From Eledone cirrhosa (lineage: Eukaryota), in assembly GCA_964016885.1 (NCBI GenBank), contig OZ024743.1, positions 63,612,001 to 63,676,000 on the forward strand: 64,000 nt of DNA. Reading direction: 5' to 3'. Shown here in pieces: positions 12,834-25,520 of the stretch (position 1 is the stretch's first letter; every line of letters begins with the position of its first letter). Both the position numbers and the translations under genes were made by a program. The notes under the pieces were generated by a model. It was not told where the DNA came from, searched no databases, and saw only the letters and a list, made by a program, of their open reading frames with translations.

Positions 12834-13121
12834 AAAAGTAAAATTATGAAATATAGTTAATAAACAAACAAGAAGCCTAACATTTTTTAGTTGTAACATC
12901 CTAATTTTTTCCTCATCAAACACATTAATAAATGCTGAAGTTATATGGCTTCATTTAGGATTCAAGACACCGACACAATGGAATAACATTAACAATAATG
13001 GGGTAGCAGCTGTCAAATCAATATGAAGATTAGGAAATGTTGCTGTCAAAGGACCAACAAAAGTTGCAGGGTTTTTTACAGAACATTTCCACCCACTCAT
13101 ATGTGGTGCACAAGCAATAAC

Positions 13122-13161
<40 letters not shown>

Positions 13162-13216
13162 AGTGGTGGTAGTAGTAGTAGTGGTGGTATTAGTAGTAGT
13201 AGTAGTAGTAGTAGTA

Positions 13217-13247
<31 letters not shown>

Positions 13248-13270
13248 CAATAATACTAATAGTAGTAACA
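13122..13270. repeat. Compound (AGT)/(GGT)/(AGC)/(AAC) triplet repeat
   Basis: Directly visible. Confidence 0.95.
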
Positions 13271-13509
13271 CAATCAACAATCTAAACTACAATAAAGTAA
13301 GGTTTGTGGGACTGCGTACGGTTTATTTCTTTTAGTCCAGTTAGTAAAATAAGTTGGATTACTTTGAATAAATAATGAATGAATATTACATAATTTATCT
13401 ATTAAATTTCGTAAACATAAATAATTTTGTAAAAATAAATAATTGAAAATTGACTTCTCTTCAAAGTTGCACTTCCGTTATATCGTCGCCCCCACCACCA
13501 CTTCAACTA

Positions 13510-13900
13510 CCATCATCATCATTATCATCATCCTCGTTTAACGTCTATCTTCCACGCTAACATGGGTTTAGACGGGAATTGTCCCACTTGAGGCAAGATT
13601 GGTTGTCGCGCTCGTATAGGACTGTCTGGCAGGTTTTCTACGGCTGGATGCCCTTCCTAACACCAACCACGTTTACAGTGTGGACTGGGAGATTTTTACC
13701 GTGTTACCTACACGGCCACATTACAGCGTGGACTGTGTGTTTTTTTTGTCGTGACACCTACACAACCTCATTTATTTAGGACTGGATGTTGTGGTACCAA
13801 CATAACTTTACAGAGAAAGGGGTGGTGTTGATGGGGGTGGGGGAGTTGGGGGAGTGGGATGGAGTGTATATTTGATTAAGAGGTGCCTACTGGCTGTAGA
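13510..13900 (-). mobile_element. RTE 3'UTR-only copy
   Basis: Closely matches 60660-61020, the 3'UTR of the long RTE; (TGA)n tail. Confidence 0.85.
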
Positions 13901-14239
13901 AAGAGAGAGTGTGTGATGAGAGAGATAGAGAGAATATTATTTTCTACACGCTGATGCGTATGAGTGTGCACATACATCTATATATATGAGTACATAACTA
14001 TTATGAGTATATAACTATAATCACTAAACACAAACTTATAAAAATAGACGCTCATTGACATAATTCACACAAATACACATACATTCACACATACTTTCAC
14101 ACAAACATACATACATTCACGCATATACATTTACACAAATGCATACATACAACCATGATAGCGTTCGGTGAATTGGAAATGGGAGGGTAAAACAAGTATA
14201 ACGTTTTATTTAGTTATAAACTCTTTATTTATTTATTAA

Positions 14240-14905
14240 CTCTTTTTTTTTTAAACTCATTTAATATAATGGTTACAGAACGAAAACACTAACAAATATA
14301 ATATATACAAAGGAAAGGGAAAGGAAAAAAAGAAAGAAAAAATACACAAGCAGGTAATAGCCACATCTTAGACCACAGAACAATATGTAGGCGAAAGAAT
14401 GGAAAAACGAGCCACTACCAGAGCAAAAGATAGCGATATAGTGAGGAGCACTGGGAAACCTCTCTAATAATTTTTGAGGCAAGCCAGCATGCTCGCAGCG
14501 TTACCTGGGGTGATGGTGTGGCTGAAGTGCTGGAACAACCAAATGCCCTCACAAGCATCACCAGTTACCTCTGTTTGGCGAGCTGCCAGTAAAGATAAGA
14601 ACCTCTCTGTTAGTAGCCCGATTCCCCCAAACGTCTCGAACGCCACAGGCTGGATAATGTAGTTAGCTGACAGATCTCAGTATTTTAGGATTTTGTTCCG
14701 TTCAGCTGCAGATGCTCTACCTCTTGCCCTTACCGCTGCATCCAGAATGTGGGAATAAGCAAAAGAGTCACTAACTGTGAAGTCCCAGGTAAGGCACCTG
14801 CTTCTTGACCAGGAGCACAGAGTAAGACCGTCAAGTCTTTTCCCATCAATTCAGGACAACCCAGACGGTTCCAAAATTGAGGGGATGTTTGCCCGGGCCA
14901 AAGCT
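14240..14905 (-). mobile_element. CRE-clade (RLE) non-LTR retrotransposon 3' fragment
   Basis: DFTVSDSFA...AAERNKILKY*DLSANYIIQPVAFETFGG...WLFQHFSHTITPGNAASML, a CRE-like C-terminus, followed by a 3'UTR and an A-rich end. Confidence 0.7.
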
Positions 14906-15114
14906 CTTGAGTGGTAATAGGACAGTGTGTGTATGTGCGCGTGTGTGAGTTTGGCGGCATTCTTAAATTAGAAACACGTGTGTCTGTGTCACTGTTTTTA
15001 AGTTATATATGTGTGTATCCCTTTCCTTCCTTTTACACACACATACACACATACACATTGCGTGATGGACGGGTGGACAGAAGTCCCTCAAATTTATATA
15101 CATGTGATTGGAGT

Positions 15115-15990
15115 TCTACTGAAGCAGTTAGAGAAGTTCAAGTATCTTGGAGCCATGTTCATGAGTCATGGAATGCAGGAGGCTGAATTAAGTGCAAGAA
15201 TTGCAAAAACTGATGCAGTAAAGTGCTCACTGCCCTCTACTAGGTGGGCAATGCGGAGAGTGGAACTTCCAATCTTGAGTTCTATAGAGGATTAGTGGTG
15301 GGCAAGTGCAACGATGCACTCGGAAAGGCTCTGAGCATCGACAAAGTCGAACAGAGCAGTCTGTTCCGGAAGACTTTCGAGCCAGAGACAATGGATAACT
15401 TCCAGAAATCCCTCGCTTAGCAGTGCTACCGGGGAGGGGGGGGGGGAGGCACTGCCAGTTCAAGATAAGATAAACTCTACAGGTATGGAAGTGCTGTCAG
15501 CAATCAGATGAAGGGGGTAGGTGTAAAAGCCAAACTCGCTGTCTTCCTGGTATTCCTGCCAACTCTTACCGAGGTAATGACCAAAAGAATACAATTGCAA
15601 ATAAAAGTTGCAGAAATGGGATTCCTCCGAAGGGTCTTTGGAGTAATGTTACTCAATAAAGTGCATAACTCAGAGACCAGAGAGTCACTCCTGGTAGAGC
15701 CGCTACTTCTCTGAATTGAGAGATCACAACTCCGATATTATGAGCATGTGGTTAGAATGTCTCAGTAAAGAATCGCTGGACATATTTTACAGGCAAAACC
15801 AACCGGCAAGAGACCCAGAGGTAGACCCTGAGCAAGATAGTTGGATAACCATTAGCTTGACTGGTCACACTTTGGGATCCAGCTGGATCAGTTAGAGATG
15901 TTTGCTACTGACAGATTCTCTGAAAGGAGTGTTTGAGAAGGACTCTGCCCCCATGACCCTCTCAGAAATAAGTGGGTGAAGAAGAAGATA
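15115..15990 (+). mobile_element. RTE LINE 3' fragment interrupted by a Tx1 piece
   Basis: LEKFKYLG...ARIAK (15120-15225); resumes ~15505 with AEMGFLRRVFG and ...GKRPRGRP; (GAA)n end. Confidence 0.8.
15226..15502 (+). mobile_element. Internal Tx1 fragment, near-duplicate of 16207-16472
   Basis: Direct sequence comparison. Confidence 0.85.
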
Positions 15991-16194
15991 TTGTCAATTT
16001 ACTTTTCAATTTACATATATCTATATGCATATATATTTGCGTATAATATCAATATGCAGACTACATATGCTAGCAGAAAACCGCTCTGAGGGTGGTTTTT
16101 CTGCTAGTATTACTAATAGTACAGATAGCAGCATGGTTTTTTTAGACATACACTCCATAATAGTAAAATTGTCATATCTTAGATTTATTATTGT

Positions 16195-17098
16195 CATCTG
16201 CCAGGCACTCACTGCCCTCTACCAGGCGGGCAATGCGGGGAGTGGAACTTCCAATCTTGAGTTCTATAGAGGATTAGTGGTGGGCAAGTGCGATGATGCA
16301 CTCGGAAAGGCTCTGAGCATCGACGAAGTCGAACAAACCAGTCTGTTCCGGAAGACTTTCGAGCCAGGGACAATGGATAACTTCCAGAAATCCCTCGCTT
16401 AGCAGTGCTACCGGGGGAAGGGGGGTGCACTGCCGGTTCAAGATAAACTCTACAGGTATAGAAATGCTGTCAGACGGACCTGTACTGTCGCTTGTAGAAC
16501 GGAACCAGTTATCGACTGAGTCCATAGTGAAGATCGACTCGCCTCCTTCTTTTGGTCAGGAAGAGCAGGCAATTTTCCTCTGTCTGGTGGCTGTTGCGAA
16601 AGAGGTTGTATGGTGGATGAGGTTGAAAGGACTGAAGACAGACACTTTTCTCTTCGACCAATCCCTCATCAACTTTTTCAAGTTTCACTTGGAAAGGAAG
16701 GTGAGGGTAGAGAGAGAAATGCTGCCTCCCCCCCCCCCCCCCCCCCAGTACATTTGCTAAAAGGTGGATGAATGTGGTGAGAATGGCTCATATGAGTGGG
16801 CCTGCTCTGACCATGTGCCTGTAGGCTGGTTAATTTGAGGAGGAGAGGGGGTGGCCTCCCCCAGTGCCTTGGAAGCATTGGGTGGTTCATGATTGGTGGG
16901 GTACCTGAGTCGCCCTTGGATCATTCAAGCCCCTATTGAAGATTTTATTTTGTTGTGTTTATACATAGTTTATTTTATATTTTCATTGTTAAATTAGTTT
17001 TGCTATTGTACAATTTTTATCAAGCTTATTGTAAACCCCCACTGTCTGTGTCTTTGTATTTTCCTCTACATGTGGGCCCTTGTGGCCAATAAATGAAA

Positions 17099-17100
<2 letters not shown>
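16195..17100 (+). mobile_element. 5'-truncated Tx1-family LINE with 3'UTR
   Basis: Homologous to 23.1-24.08 kb; ends aataaatgaaatc(att)n. Confidence 0.9.
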
Positions 17101-17140
<40 letters not shown>

Positions 17141-17142
<2 letters not shown>

Positions 17143-18137
17143 GTTGCATTTATCTTGTTTTATGTTCATACGAGTTATCACTAAGTCACAACTAGTGACC
17201 TCAAGAGACAACAAGGTTCGCCATGTTCAAGAAAGAAAATACATACACACACATGCATCTTTAGGTTTTTAGACTTGTGATGTACTTATATTGACAGAAT
17301 CTTCCTCTATTGGAACGGACATATTAGCAGGCATACCCTCTTTTTAAAGTCCTTCAGTATTATATCAGGTCTATTTGCATCTATTTTTCGGTCTGTTTGG
17401 ATGCTAAAGTTCCACAAGATTGAGATGTGATCTGTTTCAAGTATGGGAGGTGGTTGATGCTCCCACCAATTCTTTTGATGGGGCAGGTGAAAATGCTTAC
17501 ACATTATCCAATGTATGTATTGTGCAGCTCTGTCATGCCTGTTTAGGTATTCGGTTGGAGCTATAGGACTGCACATTGAAATTATATGATCAATGGTCTC
17601 TGGTTGTTTTTTACATACACGGCATAATGGGTTGCATCCATTTTTTATTATGTTGGGTTGGTAATTTTTTGTTGGCAGACACTGATCTTGTGCTGATATA
17701 ATCAGTCCTTCAGTCTCCGATTTCAGTCCAGAAGATGCCAACCACTGATGGGTTAAAGTTTTGTCAACATCAGGATTGTTAGCTCTTTCTGGGTATTTTC
17801 CATACAGAGGCTTTTCTTGCCATTTCTGTAGCAGTTCTTTCTTTGCAGTTACTTTTACCTGCTTTGCTTTTTCTGTGTTTTCCATTTCAGCAGTAAATGG
17901 GACTTCTGAAATTTGTAGTCCATTACTGTATCTTTGTGCATCTTTTGTAATGGAGTATGATTTTTGATGCTTTCGTGTTTCAAAACGAGTTTGATCATCC
18001 AATCATGTGATTCCCTTAGATATGTAGATAATCCAATTGTTACAGTTTTCAACGCAATATCTAACTGGATTAACCCACGTCCTCCTTCTTTCCTAGGGAG
18101 ATATATTCTATCTGTATCTGCCTTAGGGTGATGCATT
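17141..18137 (-). mobile_element. R4/Dong-like RLE retrotransposon, subfamily A, truncated
   Basis: HPKADTDRIYLPRKEGGRGL; CRVC..ETIDHIISMC zinc knuckle; RHD; NRPDIIL; ends in (TAA)n. Confidence 0.88.
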
Positions 18138-18548
18138 CTGCAGCCTCAGACATTCAGGACGTATCAGAAGGTTCTTGCTGTTCCCAGCAAGTATGCCTTT
18201 TGAAGAGTTTCAAAAAACGGGGCTGGACTAATCTTCTTTAACCATCCTTGGAAACTCTTTGAGATAGTACCTAGTGCACCTATGACAATTGGGACGACCT
18301 TGATTTCATGGCAGTTCCAAATCTTTTTTAACTCCCACTTTAAAACCGGGTATCGGTTAATTTTCTCTCTCTCCTTTTCTTGCACTCTCATGTCAAATGG
18401 GCAGGCTACATCTACAATCAGGCACGATCTTTTTTCCTTGTCCAAAACCACTAGGTCAGGCCTATTGTGTTCTAATTTCTTGTCCATCTGTATCCTAAAA
18501 TCCCATAGCACCTTCACCTGATCGTTTTCTCTCACCGACTCTGGCTTA
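18138..18548 (-). mobile_element. R4/Dong-like RLE fragment, subfamily B
   Basis: LWDFRIQMDKKLEHNRPDLVVLD...IVDVACP...PIVIGALG...LQKAYLLGTART. Confidence 0.88.
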
Positions 18549-18566
18549 TATTACTATTATTATTGT

Positions 18567-18800
18567 TATTGTTCTTTGAGTCTCAGTCATTGATGTTATT
18601 TGACTGGAAAGTTTGTTGAAATGAATATCAAGCCGCTTCCTGCAGCCTCAGATATTCAGAACGTATCGGAGGGCTCTTGCTGTTCCCAGCAAGTATGCCT
18701 TTTGAAGAGTTTCAAAAAACGGGGCTGGATTAATCGTTAACCAGCCTTGGAAACTCTTTGAGATAGTACCTAGTGCGCCTATGACAATCGGGATGACCTT
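18567..18800 (-). mobile_element. Second 5'-truncated Dong-like subfamily B copy with 3'UTR
   Basis: 18638-18802 duplicates 18138-18304; ATT/TAA repeats on both sides. Confidence 0.85.
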
Positions 18801-19017
18801 GATTATTATTATGATTATTATTGAATGCCATGGTTGACGGAGGCTCGGCTCTGTAAGGTATAGTCATTTTTAACCGCTATAACAATTGTAAATTGTTTAA
18901 AACTTGAACCAAATTGTAGATAAAAGCACCCTCCTCCTCGTGAGAGGGACCTTCGGGGTTAAATAACCACTTATTGGGGTTTTGTGCCCAATATTAATTT
19001 TAAACCGAAAAAAAAAC

Positions 19018-19393
19018 ATGGCTACAAAAAAGAATTTTCACAAGTCACTCCCACTCTTTCCGTCTTCTTCTTCCTCAATCGTCACTACATCAGAGAGAAG
19101 ATGTCTCTCTCCCCCTCTTCTCTAAATGTGGTGTCGCCTCTTTCGCAAGCGACGCCAGTAAAGAAAAAGAAAAATATAGTTTCTGGTAGCTTTCACCAAG
19201 AGAACGTGCATACCGTGGAACATTTCTCCACGACGACGACAACGACGAAAAATGTGTGGCGTAAATACGGGAAGCCATTTCATTCGTCTGACGTCATGAA
19301 GAATAGCAGCAGCAGCCGTAATAACAGCAGCAGCAGCAAGAGTAACAAGGAAAACACTAGTAGCAGCCGCAACAACATCAGCAGCAGCATAAA

Positions 19394-19425
<32 letters not shown>

Positions 19426-20660
19426 ACAGCATCAGCAGCAGCAGCAACAACAACAACAACCACAGCAACAGCGGCGGTGGCGGTCGTAGTACCAGCAGCA
19501 ACAACAAAAGTAACAGCAGCTCTGACGACAACAACAAGAAAGAAAAACCAATCTCGTTTGCAGGTATCGTAAAGAACCTGTAAACCATCCTTATAACAAA
19601 TGAGGAATTACAGGAAGCAAAGAAGATGGTGACGAAAACCAGACACCGAGCAATCTGCAAGGCAGCCGAGAAATTTTTTCGAAACTCAACAGCACTGTAC
19701 GGTCACGTACCGTACAGTAAGCACAAAATCACGTAGGGTTGAAAGAGCCACAGAGGCTCAAATACAAAAAAGACTTAGGGTCTGTGTGGCAGCGGAAAAC
19801 GCATATCACCCGAGGCAAGAAATATTCCACCGTGGACGTGCTTTTTGCCACACCCCAGGAGGCAAAGGCTCAATCCTTAGTGATCCCAAGGAGCGAGGAA
19901 ATGGTGTTGATGCCCTCCTACTGCAACCATCACCAACAAGAACAAGTGAAAGAGTAGAGCTGGTACCCCTCTCCGACCTTACAGAATCTGACATGGAGTG
20001 TGAGGTGGGAGAGGGATGGCAAAAGGTCGCAAGAAGGCACAAACGCAGAAGCAGCGCATCGTCGCCTTCGAAAAGGGAGGGAAGAAATGAAAAAAAGGGT
20101 AAAGGCTACTGCAAAGAGACTTACAGCAGCAACACCACCAACACCATCACCACCCACACTAGCACCACCATCACCACCGGCGGCAACCCCACCGCCAACA
20201 ACAACAACACCTTCAAAACCACCACCACAAGCACCAACATCGCAAACACAACAACAAAACACATACACTCAGCAACAAGAAAATAGCAGAACCACACCCC
20301 ACCCCCAGAAAAAGAAATGCACAGCAATAAATACACACAAGAAACTAATGACTTACATAATTGAACACAGACATTTCACAGCACGACTACATAATACCAG
20401 CACTAATCAAAACACCAACGAACATAAGACTGGTAAGAATAGCACAGAAACAATACACAAACATTAAAACGAAATTCCCCAACGCAGTTGGTGATTTCAG
20501 AGACCTAGGAGGGACTATCAATCGAAGAGTATATTCGGACATACTCATAGAAGAGCCGACGACCAGCCGAAGGGACGATTCAACGGTCCCTTCACCAGAC
20601 GATCAAGTGAAAAGGGATGGAAAACCATCCCTCCTCTACGAAAAGTACGGTAAGTGATCT
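19018..20660 (+). pseudogene. Tx1 ORF1 pseudogene (low-complexity S/N- and P/T-rich)
   Basis: Stops and frameshifts; HITRGKKYSTVDVLF..MPSY is homologous to YIARGRQYSTILVLF..MYPS at ~35.6 kb. Confidence 0.7.
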
Positions 20661-20688
20661 TTCCCATCTTTTCCACTCTATTTTAAAC

Positions 20689-23600
20689 ATGACCTCACTC
20701 AGAATAGGCAGCATAAATGCGCGTGGCTTGGGGTCGTCATGGAAGCAGGGTCACCTGCTCAACGACCTCAGGTCACTAAACATAGATGTAGTGGCCATCA
20801 GCGAAACCAGAATCTCCGAAGCACGGGCCTTCGCACCGATCTTCGGCGGCTACGATGTATACGCATCTCCCAGCCGTCCTGGATCGGGGGGAGGAGTTGC
20901 TGTGCTTTTTCGGAGAGGTTTGGATCTCGCCATGCGGGCCATCTTCCTGGACCCAGAGGGTAAGTTGGTGGTGCTGGACGTGACCAGCGGAGACGGGCAA
21001 GCTTTCAGGCTAGTGGCCGTCTATGCCCCGACAGGAGCAGGGCGGCCTGATTTCTTCCGGTGTCTGGAGACCTTTCTTGGAACGTCCCGCTCTTTAGTGT
21101 TAGTGGGCGACTGGAACGGGATCTTAGATGCACGCTGGGACTGTGTGGGATTAGCGGATAGGAGTGGAGGGTGCAAGAGCCTCACCAACCTGCTCAGGCG
21201 TTTTGAACTGTCTGACAGGTACCGATTGGATTTCCCGAATGTGCCAATGTGGACTTGGACAAATCGTATAGGGTCATCCAGATCATATCTAGATAGAGTA
21301 TTTTGTAGGGAAATAGATAGGTCTAGCATAGGCTGTCCACAATTCAAGATAGTCAGCTACCCGGACCACAAATTCGTGATCTGTGTGCTTGACTTAGATA
21401 GGCTTCATAGACGAGGACCCGGCTACTGGAAGCTAAACGCGTCCTTACCAGCGCGCAAGGCCTACAGAGACCGGATTAGCGAACTAGTTAAGCGGTGGTT
21501 GACGGGGGCCATCGTCAACAACAAGTGGTGGTTTGCTCTGAAAAGAGCGATTAGAATAGAATCCATTAGGTTTAGTAAGGCTTTAGCAATAGAGAAAAAT
21601 AGAGCAGAGGGAGAACTAGTTAGAAAATTAGACGAGGCGCTTAGCAAAGTCATTGCGACCGACGTGCTGGCGGCGAAATTGGCCCTTGACCAATTCTTCA
21701 ATGCAAAGCACGAAGGCTGCGTTGTCAGAGCTAGGGTGCGTGCTCTCAGACACGAGGGGACGAAAGCCGTTCAATGGGCCCGAGTGGCGGAGGCGCGTCG
21801 TGGAAACAAAGCCACGATCTGGTCTTTGGTGGACCACGACGGGCGCATGCTACTCGATCCCGGGCAAATGTGTGAAGCTTTTCAGCGACACTTCGCTCAG
21901 CTGTTCTGGGGCAGCAGCGGGCCGGATCGAGGGATGGAATTTAGTGTCTACCGCGACGGACTGCCGCGGGTCTCGGCCACTGAGGCGGAGTGTTGCGAAA
22001 AGCCGATATCAGCCGCTGAAGTACGGGAGGCAATGACTGGCTGCACAAGGGGTAAATCGTCTGGTTTGGATGGTCTGCCCTATGAACTTTACGTACAGAT
22101 GCCAGACTTGTTCCGAGGCCTCTTGGCGGACGTCTACTGCAACTGGCAACAGAACGGGAGAATTCCCAGCTCTGTGAGCCGAGGAGCGGTGGCACTGCTG
22201 AGAAAGGATCCGAACAAGGGGGATGACATAGATAATTTCAGGCTTCAGAGGCTGGATCGCTACCTTGCACAGCGACATCTGCTATGTGGTGAGAGTGAAC
22301 GGTCATCTTTCGGAACCGTTCAACATCATGCGCTCGGTCTGCCAAGGATGTCCCCTCTCGTCCCTCTTGTACGTATTGACTCTCGAGCCATTACTGCACA
22401 AACTGGAGACGTTGAGGGGGGTCCCGCGTGAACTAGGATGCGGAAGATCCGTTTAAGCATATGTGGACGATGTCACCGTAGTGGTGTCGAACGCCAAACA
22501 CATCGAGGCGATCGGCATTACACTAAGAGAATACGTGGCGGTGACAGGAGCAATGATTAACCAGGAAAAGTCAATGGGCCTGCAGCTCGGGACCTGGAGA
22601 GGCAGGTCCATGCCACCCAACAGCGTCGTCGGGCGCTGGACGGACAGACCGGTTAAATTGCTAGGGGTCTGGTTCGGTCAGGACCTCCAGACGGACAAAA
22701 ACTGGGATGAGGTGACGAGCAGGGTGTCTTCTCTCACCCAGAAATGGGCGGAGAGGAAGCTATCCCTGAAAGGTCGAGCGGAGGTGGCTAACGTGTACAT
22801 CGCGTCTGTCATCTACTACCGCCTGACCGTCGTACCTTGTCCTAAGCCCTGCCTGACTGCGCTGGAGCGTTTGCTCTTTCGCATTTTGTGGAAGGGATAC
22901 GCTCCGATGGTCAGGCGGTCTATCTGCTGTCAACACCCGCTACGTGGAGGGCTGGGCATGCCGTGGCTGATGATGCGCAGACACGCGCTCAGTCTATGGC
23001 ATCTCCACCTCTTCCTCGACGGTGATCAGGTGTGGTTGCCGTTTGCAAGATGCGTCTTTCCCCAGCTTGTCTCCTTGACAGAGCTGCAGTCCTGGGTCAA
23101 GCGAAGACCGAGAGGGAGCGCTTGGAGACTGGAATGTCTTCAGGCGCTCACAGCCCTCGACCAATCGAGCACTGCGATCGGTGGAATCTCCACCTTGGCG
23201 TTCTATAGAGGATTCGTGGAGGGGAAGTGCGACGACGTACTTGGGGAAACTCTAGGCGTCGACGAAAATCAACTAGCCAATATCTTCAGAAGAACTTTCG
23301 GGCCGGGGCCTATGTAGAACTTCCAGAAATCCCTGGCCTCGCAGTGCTACCGAGGAGCTTTGCCAGTTCGGGATAAACTCTACAAGCATGGAGGTGCCGT
23401 CAGCCGGGCATGTCCGAGATGCACGCAGGGCGACGAAACCATCCTGCATGCACTCGTCCAATGTCTGAGCATTGCTGACCTTTGGGTTTCTGTCGAACAC
23501 CTGCTGTCGCGTGTAGGACGGATCTGGCTATCAGCTGTGTCTATCGTGAGGATTGCCTCGCCCTCTTTCTTTAGCCGGGAAGGGCAGGCAGTTTTTTTCT

Positions 23601-23827
23601 GTCTGGTGGCCATGGCGAAAGAGATAGTATTGTCGACACGTTTGAAAGGGCTGAAGATGAGCACTTACCTCTTCGGTGATGCCCTGATTAACTTTTTCAA
23701 ATTTCATTTGAAAAGGAAAATCAGGGTAGAGAGGGAAGTGCTCTCTTCCCAGCAGTTTGTTGAAAGATGGGTGAGAGAAGCAAGAATGGCCCGAGTGAAT
23801 GGGCCTACTCTGAGTATGTGTCTGTAA
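20689..23827 (+). pseudogene. Tx1 ORF2: APE endonuclease + reverse transcriptase, with internal deletion and stops
   Basis: SINARGL, SET, GDWN, LDR, DH; RT QGCPLS and YVDD; CPRC...HALVQC; deletion near 22240 and stops at ~22455 and ~23316. Confidence 0.92.
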
Positions 23828-24088
23828 ATTAAAGGTGGAAAACTGGGAGAGGGCACTTGCCCTGATGGTCAGGGTCACTGTGCCCTTTTAATGGGCTTTC
23901 TCCACAAATGTCCCTCCGAAGTCTCCCCCCTATTGGGGAATTTTTCATTGTGATTTTTTTGTTACATCCTCTGTTTTTGTTTTTTACACGCAGAAATGCC
24001 CATTTGTACCATCTTGTATTGTCCTGTACTCTCCTTAATGTCTACTTTATGTAAACCCTTGTGGTTAATAAAGAAAGCATTATTATTA

Positions 24089-24476
24089 TGCTTTGACGCA
24101 TAGAGTTACAGCCCTTGCCATTGAGTTCAAATCCCGCCGAGGTTAACTTTGCCTTTCATCCTTACGGGGTCGATAAAATAAAGTACCAGTAATACACTGG
24201 GCAATTGCTAGCCTTGTGCCAAAAGTAGAAACAATTATTATTATTATTATTATTATTATGATGGTGGTGGATAGGCAGTATCGGTGGAGTGTTGGACAAC
24301 CTGCTTTATGGTATAGAGTTACGGATCTTTAAAATCTGATTTCAAATCCCTGTCAAGGTTAGCTTTGCCTTTCATCTTTACAGGGTCAATAAAATAAAGT
24401 ACCAGTCACACACTGGGGCCTATTTAATCGACTTTCCCCTCTCCCCAAAATGCTGGCCTTGTGCCTATATTAGAAA

Positions 24477-24511
<35 letters not shown>

Positions 24512-24830
24512 ATAAAGGTGGATGGATGGCAGTATTGGTAGAGGGTCGGATGCCATGCTTTGACGCATAGAGTTACGGCCCTTGCCATTCTGAGTTCAAA
24601 TCCCGCCTAGGTTAACTTTGCCTTTCATCCTTACGGGGTCGATAAAATAAAGTACCAGTAATACACTGGGTAATTGCTGGCCTTGTGCCTAACGTAGAAA
24701 CAATTATTATTATTATTGCCATATTGATATTTAATTAAGGCACTTTGCATTCTGAGTTCAAACACAACTGAGGTCAACTTTGCCTTTTATCCTTATAGGA
24801 TCAATAAAATAAAGTACCAGTAAATACTGG
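24089..24830 (+). mobile_element. Tandem run of 3-4 SINE family A copies separated by (ATT)n
   Basis: Copies at ~24089-24240, 24264-24480, 24517-24710 and a degenerate one at 24745-24830. Confidence 0.88.
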
Positions 24831-25104
24831 AGTAAGTATTTGATCTGTTACCTCTAAGCTTGAATAACATTGATGAACTAGAGCCCCCATGATCACAGCT
24901 TAAAATATTCATAATGTGACTCTTGTATGTTTATTATGCATAAACCTATCTTATACATCTTCATATATATCTCTATTATGAACCATGCTATGTTAGTGCT
25001 AATATATATGTGGTATATTAATATAAATGCAGAACATTTTGAGGAAAATTACAGAACTGAGGAGGATAAAAATTCACCAACTCCAATTATGGTAGTGAAA
25101 CATG

Positions 25105-25520
25105 GGCTGTGACGCAGAGGACATTCGCAGACTGGAGAGAAATGAAGCAACTGTGTTTTGTTGGATGTGTAATGTAAATGTGAGAGAAAGGCAGAACTTG
25201 GACTAGCTGAGAGAGAAGCTGGGCTTAAAGGGAATCCGAACTGGTGTACAGGAGAGAAGACTGTGTATGTATGGACATGTGATGTGCATAGAGAATGACT
25301 GTTGGGTGAAGAAATGCCAGGAAATCTCAGTGGAAGGAAGTCGAAATAGAGGACGACCAAGAATGATCTGAGCAGAGGTTGTGAGAGCAAACCTCAAATC
25401 GCTATGACTGGCAGAGGAGATGATGAAGGAAGGTGACAAGTGGAGAGATGCCGTGCTGAGAAAGACCCGTCCAACCCATCCAAGCATGAAAAAAGCAGGT
25501 GTAAAAACGATGATGATGTT
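25105..25520 (+). mobile_element. RTE LINE 3' fragment
   Basis: ETWAVTQRTFADW/RLERNEA-like start, GRPR motif, (GAT)n tail. Confidence 0.8.

Larger units (their letters stand above)
18823..24088 (+). mobile_element. Near full-length Tx1/L1-clade LINE (disabled)
   Basis: 5'UTR, broken ORF1, APE-RT ORF2 with a CCHC-like C-terminus, and a 3'UTR ending aataaagaaagc(att)n; (ATT)n on both flanks. Confidence 0.92.

Noticed and set aside
18984-19583. 199-aa Ser/Asn-rich host protein
   Set aside because: It lies inside the Tx1 element and is better explained as the N-terminus of a broken ORF1.
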